Shown piece by piece: positions 36,741 through 47,864 of a stretch of DNA of 64,000 bases (positions are counted from its first letter, which is position 1; the number at the start of each line of letters is the position of its first letter). This stretch comes from Candidatus Fervidifonticultor secundus (lineage in GTDB: Bacteria > Sysuimicrobiota > Sysuimicrobiia > Sysuimicrobiales > Humicultoraceae): contig JAVKIP010000004.1 of the NCBI GenBank assembly GCA_031459385.1, positions 96,001-160,000 of the forward strand, written 5' to 3'. The notes below the pieces were generated by a model, which ran no database searches, had not been told where the DNA came from, and worked only from the letters and a program-made list of their open reading frames with translations. A program made the position numbers and the translations under genes.

Positions 36741-38405
36741 ATGACGAGGCTCCGGCTGCAGCGCGCGCTTGCGGTGCTGGCCGTGGCGACCCTGGCGCTG
36801 GCGCCGGGCGCGCCCGGCGCGGTGGCGCAGCAGCGCCGCGACACCGTCGTGATCGGCATGGCCCAGGAGCCCGACGGCCTCATCATGGACTTCTGGTCTA
36901 TGGCCGCGGGCCGCGCCGTGTCCAACTCATTGTTCACCGACATGGTCGGCTACAACGAGAAGTGGGAGCTGATCCCGGGCACCGTCCAGAAGATCCCGAC
37001 CCTCAAAGACGGCGACTGGCAGCTGCTGCCCGGCAACAAGATGCGCGTGACGTTCAAGCTCAAGCGGGGCTTCACCTGGCACGACGGCAGGCCCTACACC
37101 GCCACGGACGTGTCGTGGACCTATCTGATGCTGCGGAACCCGCGCACGCCCACGGTCTCACGGTTCGTGCTGCGGAAGATCGACAACGTGCTGGCCCCGG
37201 ACCCATACACCGTGGTGGTGCAGTGGAACGAGCGCTACCCGTTCGCCAACGCCAACCCCGTCGGGGCCAGCCTGATCTACCCGCGGCACGTCATGGAGAA
37301 GGACTACCTGCGGGATCCCGGCAGCCTGCGGAACAACGTCATGGCCCGGGCGCCGGTCGGCAACGGCCCCTACCGGTTCGTGGAGTGGGTACCGGGCAGC
37401 CACATCACCCTGGAGGCGTACGACCGGTACCCCGAGGGCGTCCCCAAGATCCGGCGTCAGGTCTGGCGATTCATCCTGGACTCCACCGTGCTCCAGGCCA
37501 ACGTCATCGCCAACCAGATCGACGTCACCGAGACCAACAACTTCTCGCTGGAGCAGATGCTGGAGATCGAGCGCCGCAACCCCCAGCAGAAGACCTACTA
37601 CACGCCGGCGCTGATCTGGGAGCACATCGACCTGAACCTGGACAACGACTGGCTGAAGGACAAGCGCGTGCGACAGGCGCTGGCCCACGCCATCAACCGC
37701 GACGAGCTGAGCCAGAAGCTCTTCTACGGCAAGCAGCCCGTGGCGCACACCTGGTTGCCCGAGCGGCACGAGGGCTACAACGCCGCTGTCAGGAAGTACA
37801 CCTATGATCCGGCCCGGGCGCGCCAGCTGCTGGCGGAGGCGGGCTTCACGCCGGGCCCCGACGGCATCCTGCGCGACGGACGGGGGCAGCGCGTCGAGAT
37901 GAGCATCATGACCACGGCGGGCAACGCCGTCCGGGAGCAGGTGCAGCAGATCCTCAAGGAGCAGCTCCGTGCGGTGGGCATCGACCTGCGCATCGACAAC
38001 CGCCCGGCCAGCGTGCTCTTCGGGCAGGTGACCGCCCGGCGCCAGTTCCCGCACATGGTCATGTACGCCTGGCTGAACTCGCCCATCAGCACGGGCTACA
38101 CGCTGTGGCACTCGAGTCAGATCCCCACCGCCCAGAACAACTGGGAAGGGCAGAACTACCCCGGGTGGCGCAACGCCGAGAACGACCGGCTGCTGGAGCA
38201 GATCAACACCGAGATCGACACGGCCCGACGAGTGCAGATGCTGAAACGCCAGCAGGAGATCTGGGTCGACGAACTGCCGTCGATTCCCCTGTACTTCCGC
38301 CTGGCCCTGAACACGGCCCACGCCCGGCTGACCAACATCAAGCCCACCGGGCTGTCCGGGACCTACATCAACTGGAACTCCAAGGACTGGGCGTGGTCGC
38401 AGTAG
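36741..38405 (+). CDS. Peptide ABC substrate-binding protein, copy 2
   Basis: AAGGAGG RBS, signal peptide, IGMAQEPD, WHDG.P.TA.DV, PVGNGPYRF, VRQALAHAINR. Confidence 0.94.
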   Translation: MTRLRLQRALAVLAVATLALAPGAPGAVAQQRRDTVVIGMAQEPDGLIMDFWSMAAGRAVSNSLFTDMVGYNEKWELIPGTVQKIPTLKDGDWQLLPGNKMRVTFKLKRGFTWHDGRPYTATDVSWTYLMLRNPRTPTVSRFVLRKIDNVLAPDPYTVVVQWNERYPFANANPVGASLIYPRHVMEKDYLRDPGSLRNNVMARAPVGNGPYRFVEWVPGSHITLEAYDRYPEGVPKIRRQVWRFILDSTVLQANVIANQIDVTETNNFSLEQMLEIERRNPQQKTYYTPALIWEHIDLNLDNDWLKDKRVRQALAHAINRDELSQKLFYGKQPVAHTWLPERHEGYNAAVRKYTYDPARARQLLAEAGFTPGPDGILRDGRGQRVEMSIMTTAGNAVREQVQQILKEQLRAVGIDLRIDNRPASVLFGQVTARRQFPHMVMYAWLNSPISTGYTLWHSSQIPTAQNNWEGQNYPGWRNAENDRLLEQINTEIDTARRVQMLKRQQEIWVDELPSIPLYFRLALNTAHARLTNIKPTGLSGTYINWNSKDWAWSQ

Positions 38406-38462
38406 CGTAGGAGGCGGGGCGGGGGGGCGCAGCGCGTCGCCCGCCCCGGCACCACCGGCGTC

Positions 38463-39428
38463 ATGCAGCGCTTTCTCGCCCGCCGCGCGGTCCACGGCCT
38501 GTTCATCCTGGCCGGCCTGTCGATTCTTGTCTTCACCCTGCTGGTGGTCACCCCCGGCGACCCGGTCGAGCTCATCGCGGCCAGCAACCCGGAGATCCGC
38601 CCGGAGGACGTCAAGGCCCTGCGGCAGTACTACGGGCTCGACGATCCCGTCTACGTGCGGTACGTCAAGTGGCTGCGGTCCACGCTGCGGGGAGACCTGG
38701 GCTACTCGCGCACCTACGGCACGCCGGTGACGAAGCTCCTGGGCGAGCGCCTGCGCAACACGCTGTGGCTGGTGGGCGCGGCGCTGGTGGTGGCGTTCGT
38801 CGTCGGCATCATGGCTGGCATCTACTCCGCGCTCCACCAGTACTCGGTGGCCGACTATGTGGTCACCGTGCTGGCCTTTGCGGGCCATTCGGTGCCGGTG
38901 TTCTGGCAGGGCATCGTCTTCATCCTGCTCTTCGCGGTCTGGTGGCCGATCCTGCCCGCCGGCGGCATGCTGACCCCGGGCGTGCCCCCGGGCTGGCCCG
39001 CGCTGCTGGACCGCCTGTGGCACCTCGTCCTGCCCGTGACGGTGCTGGCCACGTTCAATACGGCCATCTGGGCACGGTACATGCGCAGCAGCATGCTGGA
39101 GGTCATCCGGCAGGACTACATCCGGACAGCGCGGGCCAAGGGCAGCCCCGAGCGCACCGTCATCAACCGGCACGCGGTGCGCAACGCCCTGATGCCCATC
39201 ATCACCCTGGTCGCGCTCTCGATTCCCGGTACCCTCAACGGGGCGGTGCTGACCGAGACCGTCTTCTCGTGGCCCGGCATGGGGCTGCTGCTGTTCCAGG
39301 CCGTCCTGGGGCACGACTACAACGTGGCCATGGCAGTGCTGCTCTTCGCGGCGCTGATGACCGTGCTGTTCAACCTGCTGGCCGACATCGCATACGCGTT
39401 GGCGGACCCGCGCATCCGGTACGAATGA
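38463..39428 (+). CDS. Peptide ABC permease (OppB type)
   Basis: GDLGYS, DYIRTARAKG, HAVRNAL, DPRIRY. Confidence 0.94.
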   Translation: MQRFLARRAVHGLFILAGLSILVFTLLVVTPGDPVELIAASNPEIRPEDVKALRQYYGLDDPVYVRYVKWLRSTLRGDLGYSRTYGTPVTKLLGERLRNTLWLVGAALVVAFVVGIMAGIYSALHQYSVADYVVTVLAFAGHSVPVFWQGIVFILLFAVWWPILPAGGMLTPGVPPGWPALLDRLWHLVLPVTVLATFNTAIWARYMRSSMLEVIRQDYIRTARAKGSPERTVINRHAVRNALMPIITLVALSIPGTLNGAVLTETVFSWPGMGLLLFQAVLGHDYNVAMAVLLFAALMTVLFNLLADIAYALADPRIRYE

Positions 39429-39447
39429 GCGACGCAGGAGGCATCGG

Positions 39448-40371
39448 ATGGCCCGGACGGTGACCCCCCGGCAGCTGGCTCTGGACCTGGAGCGCCGTCG
39501 CAAGGAGGCCGCGGGCGTGGCCGTCGGCCAGTCGTACTGGCAGGTCGCCTGGCGGCGCTTCCTGCGCCACCGCCTGGCGCTGATCGGCGGGGCCGCGGCC
39601 CTGGCGTTGACGCTCATGGCGGTGCTGGCGCCGTGGCTGGCGCCCCACGCCTTCGACCGCATTAACCTCTCCGATCGCTGGGTGCCCCCCCGGCTGGCCA
39701 ACCCGTTCGGCACCGACGAGCTGGGCCGCGACGTCCTCACGCGCATCATGTTCGCAGGGCGCATCTCGCTGGTGGTGGGCTACGTCACCGCCATCGCCAT
39801 CTCGATCGTCGGGGCGTCCGTGGGGGCCGTCGCCGGGTTCTACGGCGGCTGGCTCGACAGCGTCCTGATGCGACTGGTCGACGTTCTGATCGCCGTGCCG
39901 CTGCTGCCGCTCTACCTGATCCTGGCTGCCCTGATTCCCGGGGGCGGCGTGGGGCGCATCGTGCTGATCTTCACCGCCTTCGGCTGGACCACGGTCGCGC
40001 GCCTGGTGCGCGGCCAGGTCCTCTCCCTCAAGGGGCAGGACTTCATCGAGGCGGGTCGGGCCATGGGCGCCTCGGAGGCTCGCCTCATCCTGCGGCACCT
40101 GATCCCCAACGCCCTGGCGCCGGTCATCGTGGCGGCCACCCTCACCGTCGGGAACGCCATCCTGGCCGAGTCGGGGCTCTCGTACCTGGGCCTGGGGATC
40201 CAGCCGCCCACGCCGTCGTGGGGCAACATGCTCCAGCGGTCGCAGGAGTACCTGCTCAAGGCGTCGTGGCTGGCGGTGTTCCCCGGGGTGTTCATCTTTG
40301 TCACGGTGCTCTCGTTCAACTTTCTGGGCGACGGGCTGCGCGACGCGTTGGACCCGCGCCTGAAGACCTGA
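39448..40371 (+). CDS. Peptide ABC permease (OppC type)
   Basis: FGTDELGRDVLTRI..GRISL, PSWGNML, NFLGDGLRDALDPR. Confidence 0.94.
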   Translation: MARTVTPRQLALDLERRRKEAAGVAVGQSYWQVAWRRFLRHRLALIGGAAALALTLMAVLAPWLAPHAFDRINLSDRWVPPRLANPFGTDELGRDVLTRIMFAGRISLVVGYVTAIAISIVGASVGAVAGFYGGWLDSVLMRLVDVLIAVPLLPLYLILAALIPGGGVGRIVLIFTAFGWTTVARLVRGQVLSLKGQDFIEAGRAMGASEARLILRHLIPNALAPVIVAATLTVGNAILAESGLSYLGLGIQPPTPSWGNMLQRSQEYLLKASWLAVFPGVFIFVTVLSFNFLGDGLRDALDPRLKT

Positions 40372-40431
40372 GCCGCAGCCGCGGCTCGGGCGGCCGGACA
40401 GTATGTGAGCCGACGAACAGGAGGGAGCGTC

Positions 40432-42093
40432 ATGCGGGCAGTCGGAGGACGTGGCGTGGTGGCCGTCGTGATGATCGTGCTCGCGCTGGGCCTCTGGCCG
40501 GGGACCGGCGCGGCCCAGGGGCGCCGTGACACCGTGGTGATCGGCATGGCCCAGGAGCCGGATATCCTGGGGCCGTTCTCGACCATGGCCGCCGCCGGGG
40601 TGGTCCACAACTCGCTGTTCGCGTACTTCACCACGTTCAACGAGAAGTGGGTCCGGGTCCCGGTGCTGGCCGAGAAGCTCCCCAGCCTCAAAGATGGCGA
40701 CTGGGAGCTGCTGCCCAACAAGAAGATGCGGGTCACCTGGCGGCTGAAGCGCGGATTCACCTGGCACGATGGCCGGCCGGTGACGGCGCTGGACGCCCGC
40801 TTCAGCTACGGCATGCTGCGCAACCCGCGGACGCCGACCCTGACTCGGTTCGTCCTCCGCAAGGTGGACAACATCCTGGTCCCCACGCCCGGTGACCCCT
40901 ACACAATGGTGGTCCAGTGGAACGAGCTCTATCCCTTCGCCAACACCGCCCCCTACGGCTTCGAGTACATGCTGCCGCGCCACTTGCTGGAGAGGCCCTA
41001 CCTGGTCGATCCGGGACGGCTGCGGGCCGACCCGTACTTCCGGACGCCGGTGGGCAACGGGCCGTACCGCTTCAAGGAATGGGTGGCGGGCAGCCACATC
41101 ACCCTGGAGGCCAACGCCCGGTGGCCCGGGGGGCCGCCGCAGATCAAGACCCTGACGTTCCGCTTCATCCTGGACTCGGTGGTGCTGACCGCGAATCAGA
41201 TCGCCGGCAACGTGGACGCCACCGAGATCAACAACTTCGGCATCGACCAGATGTTGGACATCGAGCGCCGGAACCCCAACGTGGCCACCCACTACACCGA
41301 GGCGCTGATCTGGGAGCGCATTGAGTTCAACAACGACAACGAGTGGCTGCGCGACCGGCGCGTCCGGCAGGCGATCGCCCACGCCATCGACCGGGAGGCG
41401 ATCGTGAAGGCGCTGTTCCAGGGCCGGCAGCCCGTGGCGCACAGCTGGCTGCCGCCGCGCCACCCTGGCGCGCACCCCGCCATCAAGAAGTACGGCTACG
41501 ACCCGGCGCGCGCACGCGCCCTGCTCACCGAGGCTGGCTTCACCATGGGGCCGGACGGCGTGCTGCGCGACCGCGCGGGCAAGCGCGTGGAGATGACCTT
41601 CATGACCACGGCTGGCAACGCGCCGCGGGAGCAGACCCAGCAGATCATCAAGGAGCAGCTCAAGCAGGTCGGCATCGAGATCCGCATCGAGAACGTGCCC
41701 GCGTCGGTCTTCTTCGGCCGGATCGTGGTACGCCGCCAGTGGCCGCACCTGGCCGAGTGGGCCACGCTGTTCACGCCCGAGACGCTGCCCTACCCTAACT
41801 TCCACAGTAGCCAGATCCCCAGTGAGGCGAACAACTGGGAGGGATCGAACCGCGGCGGCTGGCGCAACGCCGAGAACGACCGGCTCTCCGAGCAGATCAA
41901 CGAGACCCTGGACGAGGCAAAGCGGATCGAGCTGCTCCGCCGCCAGCAGGAGCTGTATGTCGACGACCTGCCGTCGCTGCCGCTGTACTTCCGCCTGCAC
42001 CTGACGACGTCGGTCAAGTCGCTGAAGAACGTCAAGCCGGTCGGGCTCGGAGGATTCTACATCAACTGGAACTCGCACGAATGGACCTACTGA
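40432..42093 (+). CDS. Peptide ABC substrate-binding protein, copy 3 (close paralogue of copy 2)
   Basis: Long blocks shared with copy 2 (LKDGDW.LLP..KMRVT, MLRNPRTPT..RFVLRK, WRNAENDRL). Confidence 0.94.
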   Translation: MRAVGGRGVVAVVMIVLALGLWPGTGAAQGRRDTVVIGMAQEPDILGPFSTMAAAGVVHNSLFAYFTTFNEKWVRVPVLAEKLPSLKDGDWELLPNKKMRVTWRLKRGFTWHDGRPVTALDARFSYGMLRNPRTPTLTRFVLRKVDNILVPTPGDPYTMVVQWNELYPFANTAPYGFEYMLPRHLLERPYLVDPGRLRADPYFRTPVGNGPYRFKEWVAGSHITLEANARWPGGPPQIKTLTFRFILDSVVLTANQIAGNVDATEINNFGIDQMLDIERRNPNVATHYTEALIWERIEFNNDNEWLRDRRVRQAIAHAIDREAIVKALFQGRQPVAHSWLPPRHPGAHPAIKKYGYDPARARALLTEAGFTMGPDGVLRDRAGKRVEMTFMTTAGNAPREQTQQIIKEQLKQVGIEIRIENVPASVFFGRIVVRRQWPHLAEWATLFTPETLPYPNFHSSQIPSEANNWEGSNRGGWRNAENDRLSEQINETLDEAKRIELLRRQQELYVDDLPSLPLYFRLHLTTSVKSLKNVKPVGLGGFYINWNSHEWTY

Positions 42094-42098
42094 TCGTG

Positions 42099-42350
42099 CG
42101 CCGCGAGGCCGTGACCCCCGGCATGCCCCAGGAGCCCGACTGGGTCGGGCCGGTCTCGATCATGGGCCCCCAGGGGCGCGTCCAGCTCTTCCCCCGGCAG
42201 CAGGAGATCTTCGCGGAGGAGCTGCCGAGCGTGCCGCTGTACGTCTTGCTCGACCTGACGCCCTTCCCCACGGCGCTGCGGGGGCCGCGGCCGGTGGGCC
42301 TGGGGAGCGACGACCTGCCGCGGAACGCCTGGGAGCGGCGGTGGGGGACC
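42099..42350 (+). pseudogene. Internally deleted relic of a fourth substrate-binding protein
   Basis: RREAVTPGMPQEPDWVGPVSIM (SBP N-terminus) joined directly to RVQLFPRQQEIFAEELPSVPLY..PVGLG..W (SBP C-terminus). Confidence 0.8.
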
Positions 42351-42433
42351 AGTGAACGGGGCCGGCCGCCAGGCGGAGGATTCGCGTGGGGCGCGGAGAA
42401 CCGTCCAGTGAGTACCGGGATGAGGTGAGGCGC

Positions 42434-43471
42434 GTGGCAGAGGCGCTCCTGTCGGTCCGCAATCTCAAGACGTACTTCTACACGGACGAGGGCGTGGTGA
42501 GGGCCGTAGACGGCCTCTCCTACGACCTCTACAAGGGCGAGACGCTGGGCATCGTAGGCGAGTCCGGCTGCGGCAAGAGCGTCCACGCCCTGTCCGTCAT
42601 GCGGCTCATCCCCACGCCGCCGGGGAAGATCGTGGACGGCGAGATCTGGTTCGAGGGCCGCGACCTCCTCAAGCTCAGCGACGAGGAGATGCGCCACATC
42701 CGCGGCAACCGCATCGCCATGATCTTCCAGGAGCCGATGACGTCGCTGAACCCCGTGCTGACCATCGGGGAGCAGATCGCCGAGGCCGTCATGTTGCACC
42801 AGAAGCTCGACCGGCGGGCTGCGTGGGAGCGCGCCATCGAGATGCTGGAGCGCGTGAAGATCCCCCTGGCTCGCGAGCGCGTCAAGGACTACCCGCACCA
42901 GTTCTCGGGGGGCATGCGTCAGCGCGTGATGATCGCCATGGCGCTGTCGTGCAACCCGTCGATCCTCATCGCGGACGAGCCAACCACCGCCCTGGACGTG
43001 ACGATCCAGGCCCAGATCCTCGACCTGATCCGGGAACTCCAGCAGGAGTTCCACATGGCCGTCATCATGATCACCCACAACCTGGGCGTGGTCGCCGAGA
43101 TGTGCGACGACGTGGTGGTCATGTACGCGGGCAAGCCGGTGGAGCACACCAGCGTGCAGCGCATCTTCCAGGACCCGAAGCACCCGTACACGTGGGGGCT
43201 GCTGCACTCGGTACCGAAGCTCTACGAGCGGCGGGAGCGCCTGATCCCCATCGAAGGGCAGCCGCCGTCGCTCATCGACCTGCCGCCAGGCTGCGCGTTC
43301 GCGCCGCGCTGCCCCTTCGCCATGGAGATCTGCGTGCAGGAGGACCCCCCGGACTACCCGGTGGGCCCGGACCATACTGCCAAGTGCTACCTCTACTCAG
43401 AGCACGCCAGCGAGGAAGACAAGCGGGCGGCAGCGCAGGCCGGCCTGGCGGTCTCGACGCGAAGCTCGTAG
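42434..43471 (+). CDS. oppD: Oligopeptide ABC ATPase (OppD/DppD type)
   Basis: [42 protein letters not shown], oligo_HPY C-terminus. Confidence 0.93.
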   Translation: MAEALLSVRNLKTYFYTDEGVVRAVDGLSYDLYKGETLGIVGESGCGKSVHALSVMRLIPTPPGKIVDGEIWFEGRDLLKLSDEEMRHIRGNRIAMIFQEPMTSLNPVLTIGEQIAEAVMLHQKLDRRAAWERAIEMLERVKIPLARERVKDYPHQFSGGMRQRVMIAMALSCNPSILIADEPTTALDVTIQAQILDLIRELQQEFHMAVIMITHNLGVVAEMCDDVVVMYAGKPVEHTSVQRIFQDPKHPYTWGLLHSVPKLYERRERLIPIEGQPPSLIDLPPGCAFAPRCPFAMEICVQEDPPDYPVGPDHTAKCYLYSEHASEEDKRAAAQAGLAVSTRSS

Positions 43472-43481
43472 GAGGGCCAGC

Positions 43482-44510
43482 GTGGCGACGAACGGCGACT
43501 ATATCCTTGAGGTCCGAAACCTCGTCAAGCACTTCCCCGTCACCAAGGGGTTCATCTTCCAGCGGCAGGTGGGCGCCGTCAAGGCCGTGGACGGCGTCTC
43601 GTTCTCCATCCGCCGGGGCGAGACCCTGGGGCTGGTGGGCGAGTCGGGGTGCGGGAAGACCACCACCGGGCGGGTCATCCTGCGGCTCATGGAGCCCACG
43701 GCGGGCGAAGTCCGCTTCGAGGGCCAGAACATCCTGGCGCTGAACAAGGAAGAGCTGCGGCGCATGCGCCGGAACATGCAGATCATCTTCCAGGACCCGT
43801 ACTCGTCGCTCAACCCGCGCATGACGGTGGGCGACATCATCGGCGAGCCCCTCGAGATCCACAACTTGGCCCGGGGGAAGGAGAAGGTCCGGCGGGTGCA
43901 GGAGCTGCTGGAGGTGGTGGGGCTCTCCCCCTACCACGCGAACCGCTACCCGCACGAGTTCTCCGGCGGGCAGCGCCAGCGCATCGGGATCGCCCGCGCG
44001 CTGGCGGTGAACCCGAAGCTCATCATCTGTGACGAGCCCGTCTCGGCGCTGGACGTCTCCATCCAGGCGCAGGTGTTGAACCTGCTCCAGGAGCTGCAGA
44101 AAGAGTTTGGGCTGACGTACCTGTTCATCGCCCATGACCTCTCGGTCGTCAAGCACATCAGCGACCGGATCGCGGTGATGTACCTGGGCAAGATCGTCGA
44201 GATCGCGGCCGCCGACGAGCTGTTCGCCAACCCGCAGCACCCCTACACCGAGGCCCTGCTATCGGCGGTGCCGATCCCCGATCCCGCCATCCGGCGCGAG
44301 CGCATCATCCTGCCGGGCGACGTGCCCAGTCCCGTGAACCCCCCGCGGGGCTGCCGGTTCCACACCCGGTGCCTGTATGCCCGCGAGTCGTGCAAGGTCA
44401 ACGAGCAGGAACTGGTCGACATCGGCGGCGGCCACTACGTGGCGTGCGAGGTGCTGCCGTTCCGCCACCAGCGCAGCAAGGCCGCGGTCCTCAAGGCGCC
44501 GGCGTCGTAG
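43482..44510 (+). CDS. oppF: Oligopeptide ABC ATPase (OppF/DppF type)
   Basis: [50 protein letters not shown]. Confidence 0.93.
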   Translation: MATNGDYILEVRNLVKHFPVTKGFIFQRQVGAVKAVDGVSFSIRRGETLGLVGESGCGKTTTGRVILRLMEPTAGEVRFEGQNILALNKEELRRMRRNMQIIFQDPYSSLNPRMTVGDIIGEPLEIHNLARGKEKVRRVQELLEVVGLSPYHANRYPHEFSGGQRQRIGIARALAVNPKLIICDEPVSALDVSIQAQVLNLLQELQKEFGLTYLFIAHDLSVVKHISDRIAVMYLGKIVEIAAADELFANPQHPYTEALLSAVPIPDPAIRRERIILPGDVPSPVNPPRGCRFHTRCLYARESCKVNEQELVDIGGGHYVACEVLPFRHQRSKAAVLKAPAS

Positions 44511-44530
44511 GGTCTGTCCGCGGCGGGCCG

Positions 44531-44560
44531 GGTGCCGGGGCAGGGTGTGGCCCCGGCACC
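44531..44560 (+). terminator. Hairpin after oppF
   Basis: GGTGCCGGGGC-N8-GCCCCGGCACC 11-bp stem with a short T run downstream. Confidence 0.5.
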
Positions 44561-44590
44561 GCGCTTTCCGGCGGCCGCCCCCGGCAGGCG

Positions 44591-44599
44591 TGCTACCAT
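44591..44599 (+). promoter_or_regulatory. Extended -10 element of gatCAB
   Basis: TG-C-TACCAT about 35 nt before gatC. Confidence 0.45.
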
Positions 44600-44634
44600 G
44601 AGAGCGACGTGAGCCGCACGCCCCGAGGGGTCTC

Positions 44635-44937
44635 ATGATCGATCACCGCACGGTGGACCACGTGGCCCGCCTGGCACGGCTGGCCCTGTCACCAGAGGAG
44701 CGTGAGCGGTTCGCCGCGCAGCTCGGCCGCATCCTGGAGTACATCGCCCGCCTGGACGCCCTGGACCTGGCCGACGTGCCGCCCACGTCCCACGTCGTCC
44801 CGATGGTCAACGTCTTCCGGGCGGACGTGGTGACGCCGTCGCTGCCCCGCGACGAGGTGTTGGGGGCAGCGCCGGCCCAGGCCGATGGCTTCTTCGTCGT
44901 CCCGCGCGTGTTGGACGTCGGGGCCGCCGATGGATGA
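44635..44937 (+). CDS. gatC: Asp/Glu-tRNA amidotransferase subunit C
   Basis: VDHVARLARL, VPPTSH..NVFRAD, GFFVVPRV. Confidence 0.95.
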   Translation: MIDHRTVDHVARLARLALSPEERERFAAQLGRILEYIARLDALDLADVPPTSHVVPMVNVFRADVVTPSLPRDEVLGAAPAQADGFFVVPRVLDVGAADG

Positions 44938-46393
44938 CCTGGCCTTCGCCAGCGCCCGCACCCTCACCGCGGCCTACCGCGCCGGGACGGTGCGGCCCTT
45001 GCAGGTCGTAGAGGGAGCCCTGGACCGCATCGCGCGGCTCGACCCGACGCTGCACGCCTTCCTGTACGTCGATGCCGACGGCGCGCGGCGGGAGGCGGCA
45101 GCCTGGGACGCCCGCATCGCCGCCGGCGCCGCCGATCTCCCGCCGTTGGCCGGCGTCCCGGTGGCGGTCAAGGACAACATCTGTACGCGCGGCGTCCCCA
45201 CCACGTGCGCGTCGCGCATCCTGGAGGGGTGGCGGCCGCCCTACGACGCCACGGTGGTGACGCGGCTACGGGAGGCCGGCGCCATCATCCTGGGCAAGAC
45301 CAACCTGGACGAGTTCGCGATGGGCTCGTCCACGGAGTACTCGGCGTTCGGGCCCACCCGCAACCCGTGGGATCTCACGCGCGTGCCCGGCGGCTCCTCC
45401 GGCGGGTCCGCCGCCGCAGTGGCGGCCGGCCTCGTGCCCCTGGCCCTGGGCTCCGACACCGGGGGCTCGATCCGGCTGCCGGCCGGGTTCTGCGGCGTGG
45501 TGGGGCTGAAGCCCACGTACGGGCGCGTTTCCCGCTACGGCCTCGTGGCCTTCGCCTCGTCGCTCGACCAGATCGGCCCCATCGCCCGCGACGTGGCGGA
45601 CTGCGCGCTGCTGCTGGGCGTGCTGGCAGGCCGCGATCCGGCCGATGCCACGTCCGCCGACGTGCCCGTGCCGGACTACCGGGGCGCGCTGGCCCGGGGC
45701 GCCGCCGGCCTGCGCCTGGGCGTGCCGCGCGAAGCCTTCGGCGAGGGCGTGGCCCCGGCCGTGGCAGCGGCGCTGCGCGAGGCCCTGGGCGTCTTTGAAG
45801 GCCTGGGCCTGACCGTGGAGGAGATCGGCCTGCCCACCATCGACGCGGCGCTGCCCGCGTACTACATCCTGGCCCCGGCCGAGGCATCGTCGAACCTGGC
45901 CCGCTACGATGGGGTACAGTACGGCCTGCGGGTGCCCGGCGAGGACCTCTATGCGATGGTGGCGGGGACGCGCCGCCAGGGGTTCGGCGCCGAAGTGCAG
46001 CGCCGCATCATGCTCGGCACCTACGCGCTCTCCGCCGGCTACTACGAAGCGTTCTACCTGAAGGCGCAGCGGGCGCGGACGCTGGTGGCCCGCGACTTCG
46101 CCCGGGCGTTCACACGCGTCGATCTGGTGGTGCTCCCCGTGGCGCCGACGCCGGCGTTTCGCCTGGGCGAGAAGGCCGACGACCCGCTGCAGATGTACCT
46201 CTCGGATATCTTCACGATCTCCGTGAACCTGGCGGGCCTGCCGGGCCTGGCGCTGCCCTGTGGCACGGCCGACGGCCTGCCCGTCGGCCTGCAGCTCGTG
46301 GGCCGCGCCTTCGAGGAAGTGGACGTGCTGCGGGCCGGATACGCGTACGAGCAGGCCGCGGGCTGGCACGGCCGGCGGCCGCCGGTGGGGTGA
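44930..46393 (+). CDS. gatA: Asp/Glu-tRNA amidotransferase subunit A
   Basis: [50 protein letters not shown]. Confidence 0.97.
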   Translation: MDDLAFASARTLTAAYRAGTVRPLQVVEGALDRIARLDPTLHAFLYVDADGARREAAAWDARIAAGAADLPPLAGVPVAVKDNICTRGVPTTCASRILEGWRPPYDATVVTRLREAGAIILGKTNLDEFAMGSSTEYSAFGPTRNPWDLTRVPGGSSGGSAAAVAAGLVPLALGSDTGGSIRLPAGFCGVVGLKPTYGRVSRYGLVAFASSLDQIGPIARDVADCALLLGVLAGRDPADATSADVPVPDYRGALARGAAGLRLGVPREAFGEGVAPAVAAALREALGVFEGLGLTVEEIGLPTIDAALPAYYILAPAEASSNLARYDGVQYGLRVPGEDLYAMVAGTRRQGFGAEVQRRIMLGTYALSAGYYEAFYLKAQRARTLVARDFARAFTRVDLVVLPVAPTPAFRLGEKADDPLQMYLSDIFTISVNLAGLPGLALPCGTADGLPVGLQLVGRAFEEVDVLRAGYAYEQAAGWHGRRPPVG

Positions 46394-46401
46394 GGCCACG
46401 C

Positions 46402-47862
46402 ATGGCCCGCGACGTCGCCGTGGCGTACGAGACGGTCATCGGCCTGGAGATTCACGTCCAGCTGGCGACGGCGTCGAAGATGTTCTGCGGGTGTGCGGTG
46501 AGCTTCGGGGCGCCGCCCAACACCCTGACCTGTCCGGTGTGCCTGGGCCTGCCGGGCGCGCTACCCGTCATCAACCGGGCGGCGGTCGAGCTGGGCCTGC
46601 GCACGGCCCTGGCCCTGGGCTGCCGGGTCAGTCCCCGCAGCCAGTTCCACCGGAAGAACTACTTCTACCCCGACCTGCCCAAGAACTACCAGATCTCGCA
46701 GTACCAGTACGCGGACCACCCGCCGCTGGCGACCGACGGCCGGCTGGAGATCGCCGTCGACGGCACCGCGCGCGTCGTGCGCATCCGGCGCGTGCACCTC
46801 GAGGAGGACACCGGGCGCCTGGTGCACCCCGACGATCCCGGTCGGGGCAGCCTGATCGACTACAACCGCTCCGGAGTGCCGCTCATGGAGATCGTCACCG
46901 AGCCCGATCTGCGCTCGCCGGCCGAGGCCCGAGAGTTCCTGCTGGCGCTGCGCCGCCTGCTGCAGTTCGCGCGAGTGAGCACCGGGCGCATGGAGGAGGG
47001 GACGATGCGCTGCGATGCCAACGTCTCGCTGCGCCCCTCCGACGGTGCCCGCGGCACCCGCACCGAGGTCAAGAACATGAACTCGGTGCGCGCCGTCGAG
47101 CGCGCGCTGGCGTTCGAGGTGACGCGGCAGCGAGCCGTACTGGCGCAGGGCGGGCAGGTGGTGCAGGAGACCCGCCACTGGGACGAGCGGCGAGAGGTCA
47201 CCTTTGGCTCGCGCACCAAAGAGGAGGCGCAGGACTACCGGTACTTCCCCGAGCCCGACCTGGTGCCGATCGCGGTGGACGCATCGTGGTTGGAGGCCGT
47301 GCGGGCGTCGCTGCCGGAGCTCCCGGCGGCCCGGCGCGCGCGGTTCATCGCCGCCTACGGGCTGTCGGCGTACGACGCCGACCTGCTGACGGCGACCGCA
47401 GCCACGGCCGACCTGTTCGAGCAGACCACGGCCCTCTACCCGGCGCCCAAGACCGTGGCCAACTGGCTGCTGGGCGATGTCGCCGGCTATCTCAACGAGC
47501 ACGGCCTTGAACTCGATCAGGTGCCGTTGTCTGCCGGGCGCCTGGCGGCCCTGCTGCGCATGGTCGAGCAGGGCACGATCAGCGGCCGCACGGCCAAGGA
47601 GATCCTGGTGGAGATGCTGACCCACGACCGCGATCCGGCGGCCATCGTCGAGGCCAGAGGCCTGCGCCAGATCAGCGACGAGGAGACGCTGCGGGCTGTG
47701 GTCGCCCGCGTCATCGCCGAGCACCCCGGGCCGGCAGCCGACGTGCGCGGTGGGAAGGACAAGGCGCTGACCTTCCTGGTGGGACAGGTGATGCGGGTCA
47801 CGCAGGGGCGGGCGAACCCCGAGACGGTCCACCGGCTCCTGCGGGAGCAACTGGGGCGGTAG
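46402..47862 (+). CDS. gatB: Asp/Glu-tRNA amidotransferase subunit B
   Basis: [43 protein letters not shown]. Confidence 0.98.
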   Translation: MARDVAVAYETVIGLEIHVQLATASKMFCGCAVSFGAPPNTLTCPVCLGLPGALPVINRAAVELGLRTALALGCRVSPRSQFHRKNYFYPDLPKNYQISQYQYADHPPLATDGRLEIAVDGTARVVRIRRVHLEEDTGRLVHPDDPGRGSLIDYNRSGVPLMEIVTEPDLRSPAEAREFLLALRRLLQFARVSTGRMEEGTMRCDANVSLRPSDGARGTRTEVKNMNSVRAVERALAFEVTRQRAVLAQGGQVVQETRHWDERREVTFGSRTKEEAQDYRYFPEPDLVPIAVDASWLEAVRASLPELPAARRARFIAAYGLSAYDADLLTATAATADLFEQTTALYPAPKTVANWLLGDVAGYLNEHGLELDQVPLSAGRLAALLRMVEQGTISGRTAKEILVEMLTHDRDPAAIVEARGLRQISDEETLRAVVARVIAEHPGPAADVRGGKDKALTFLVGQVMRVTQGRANPETVHRLLREQLGR

Positions 47863-47864
47863 GC

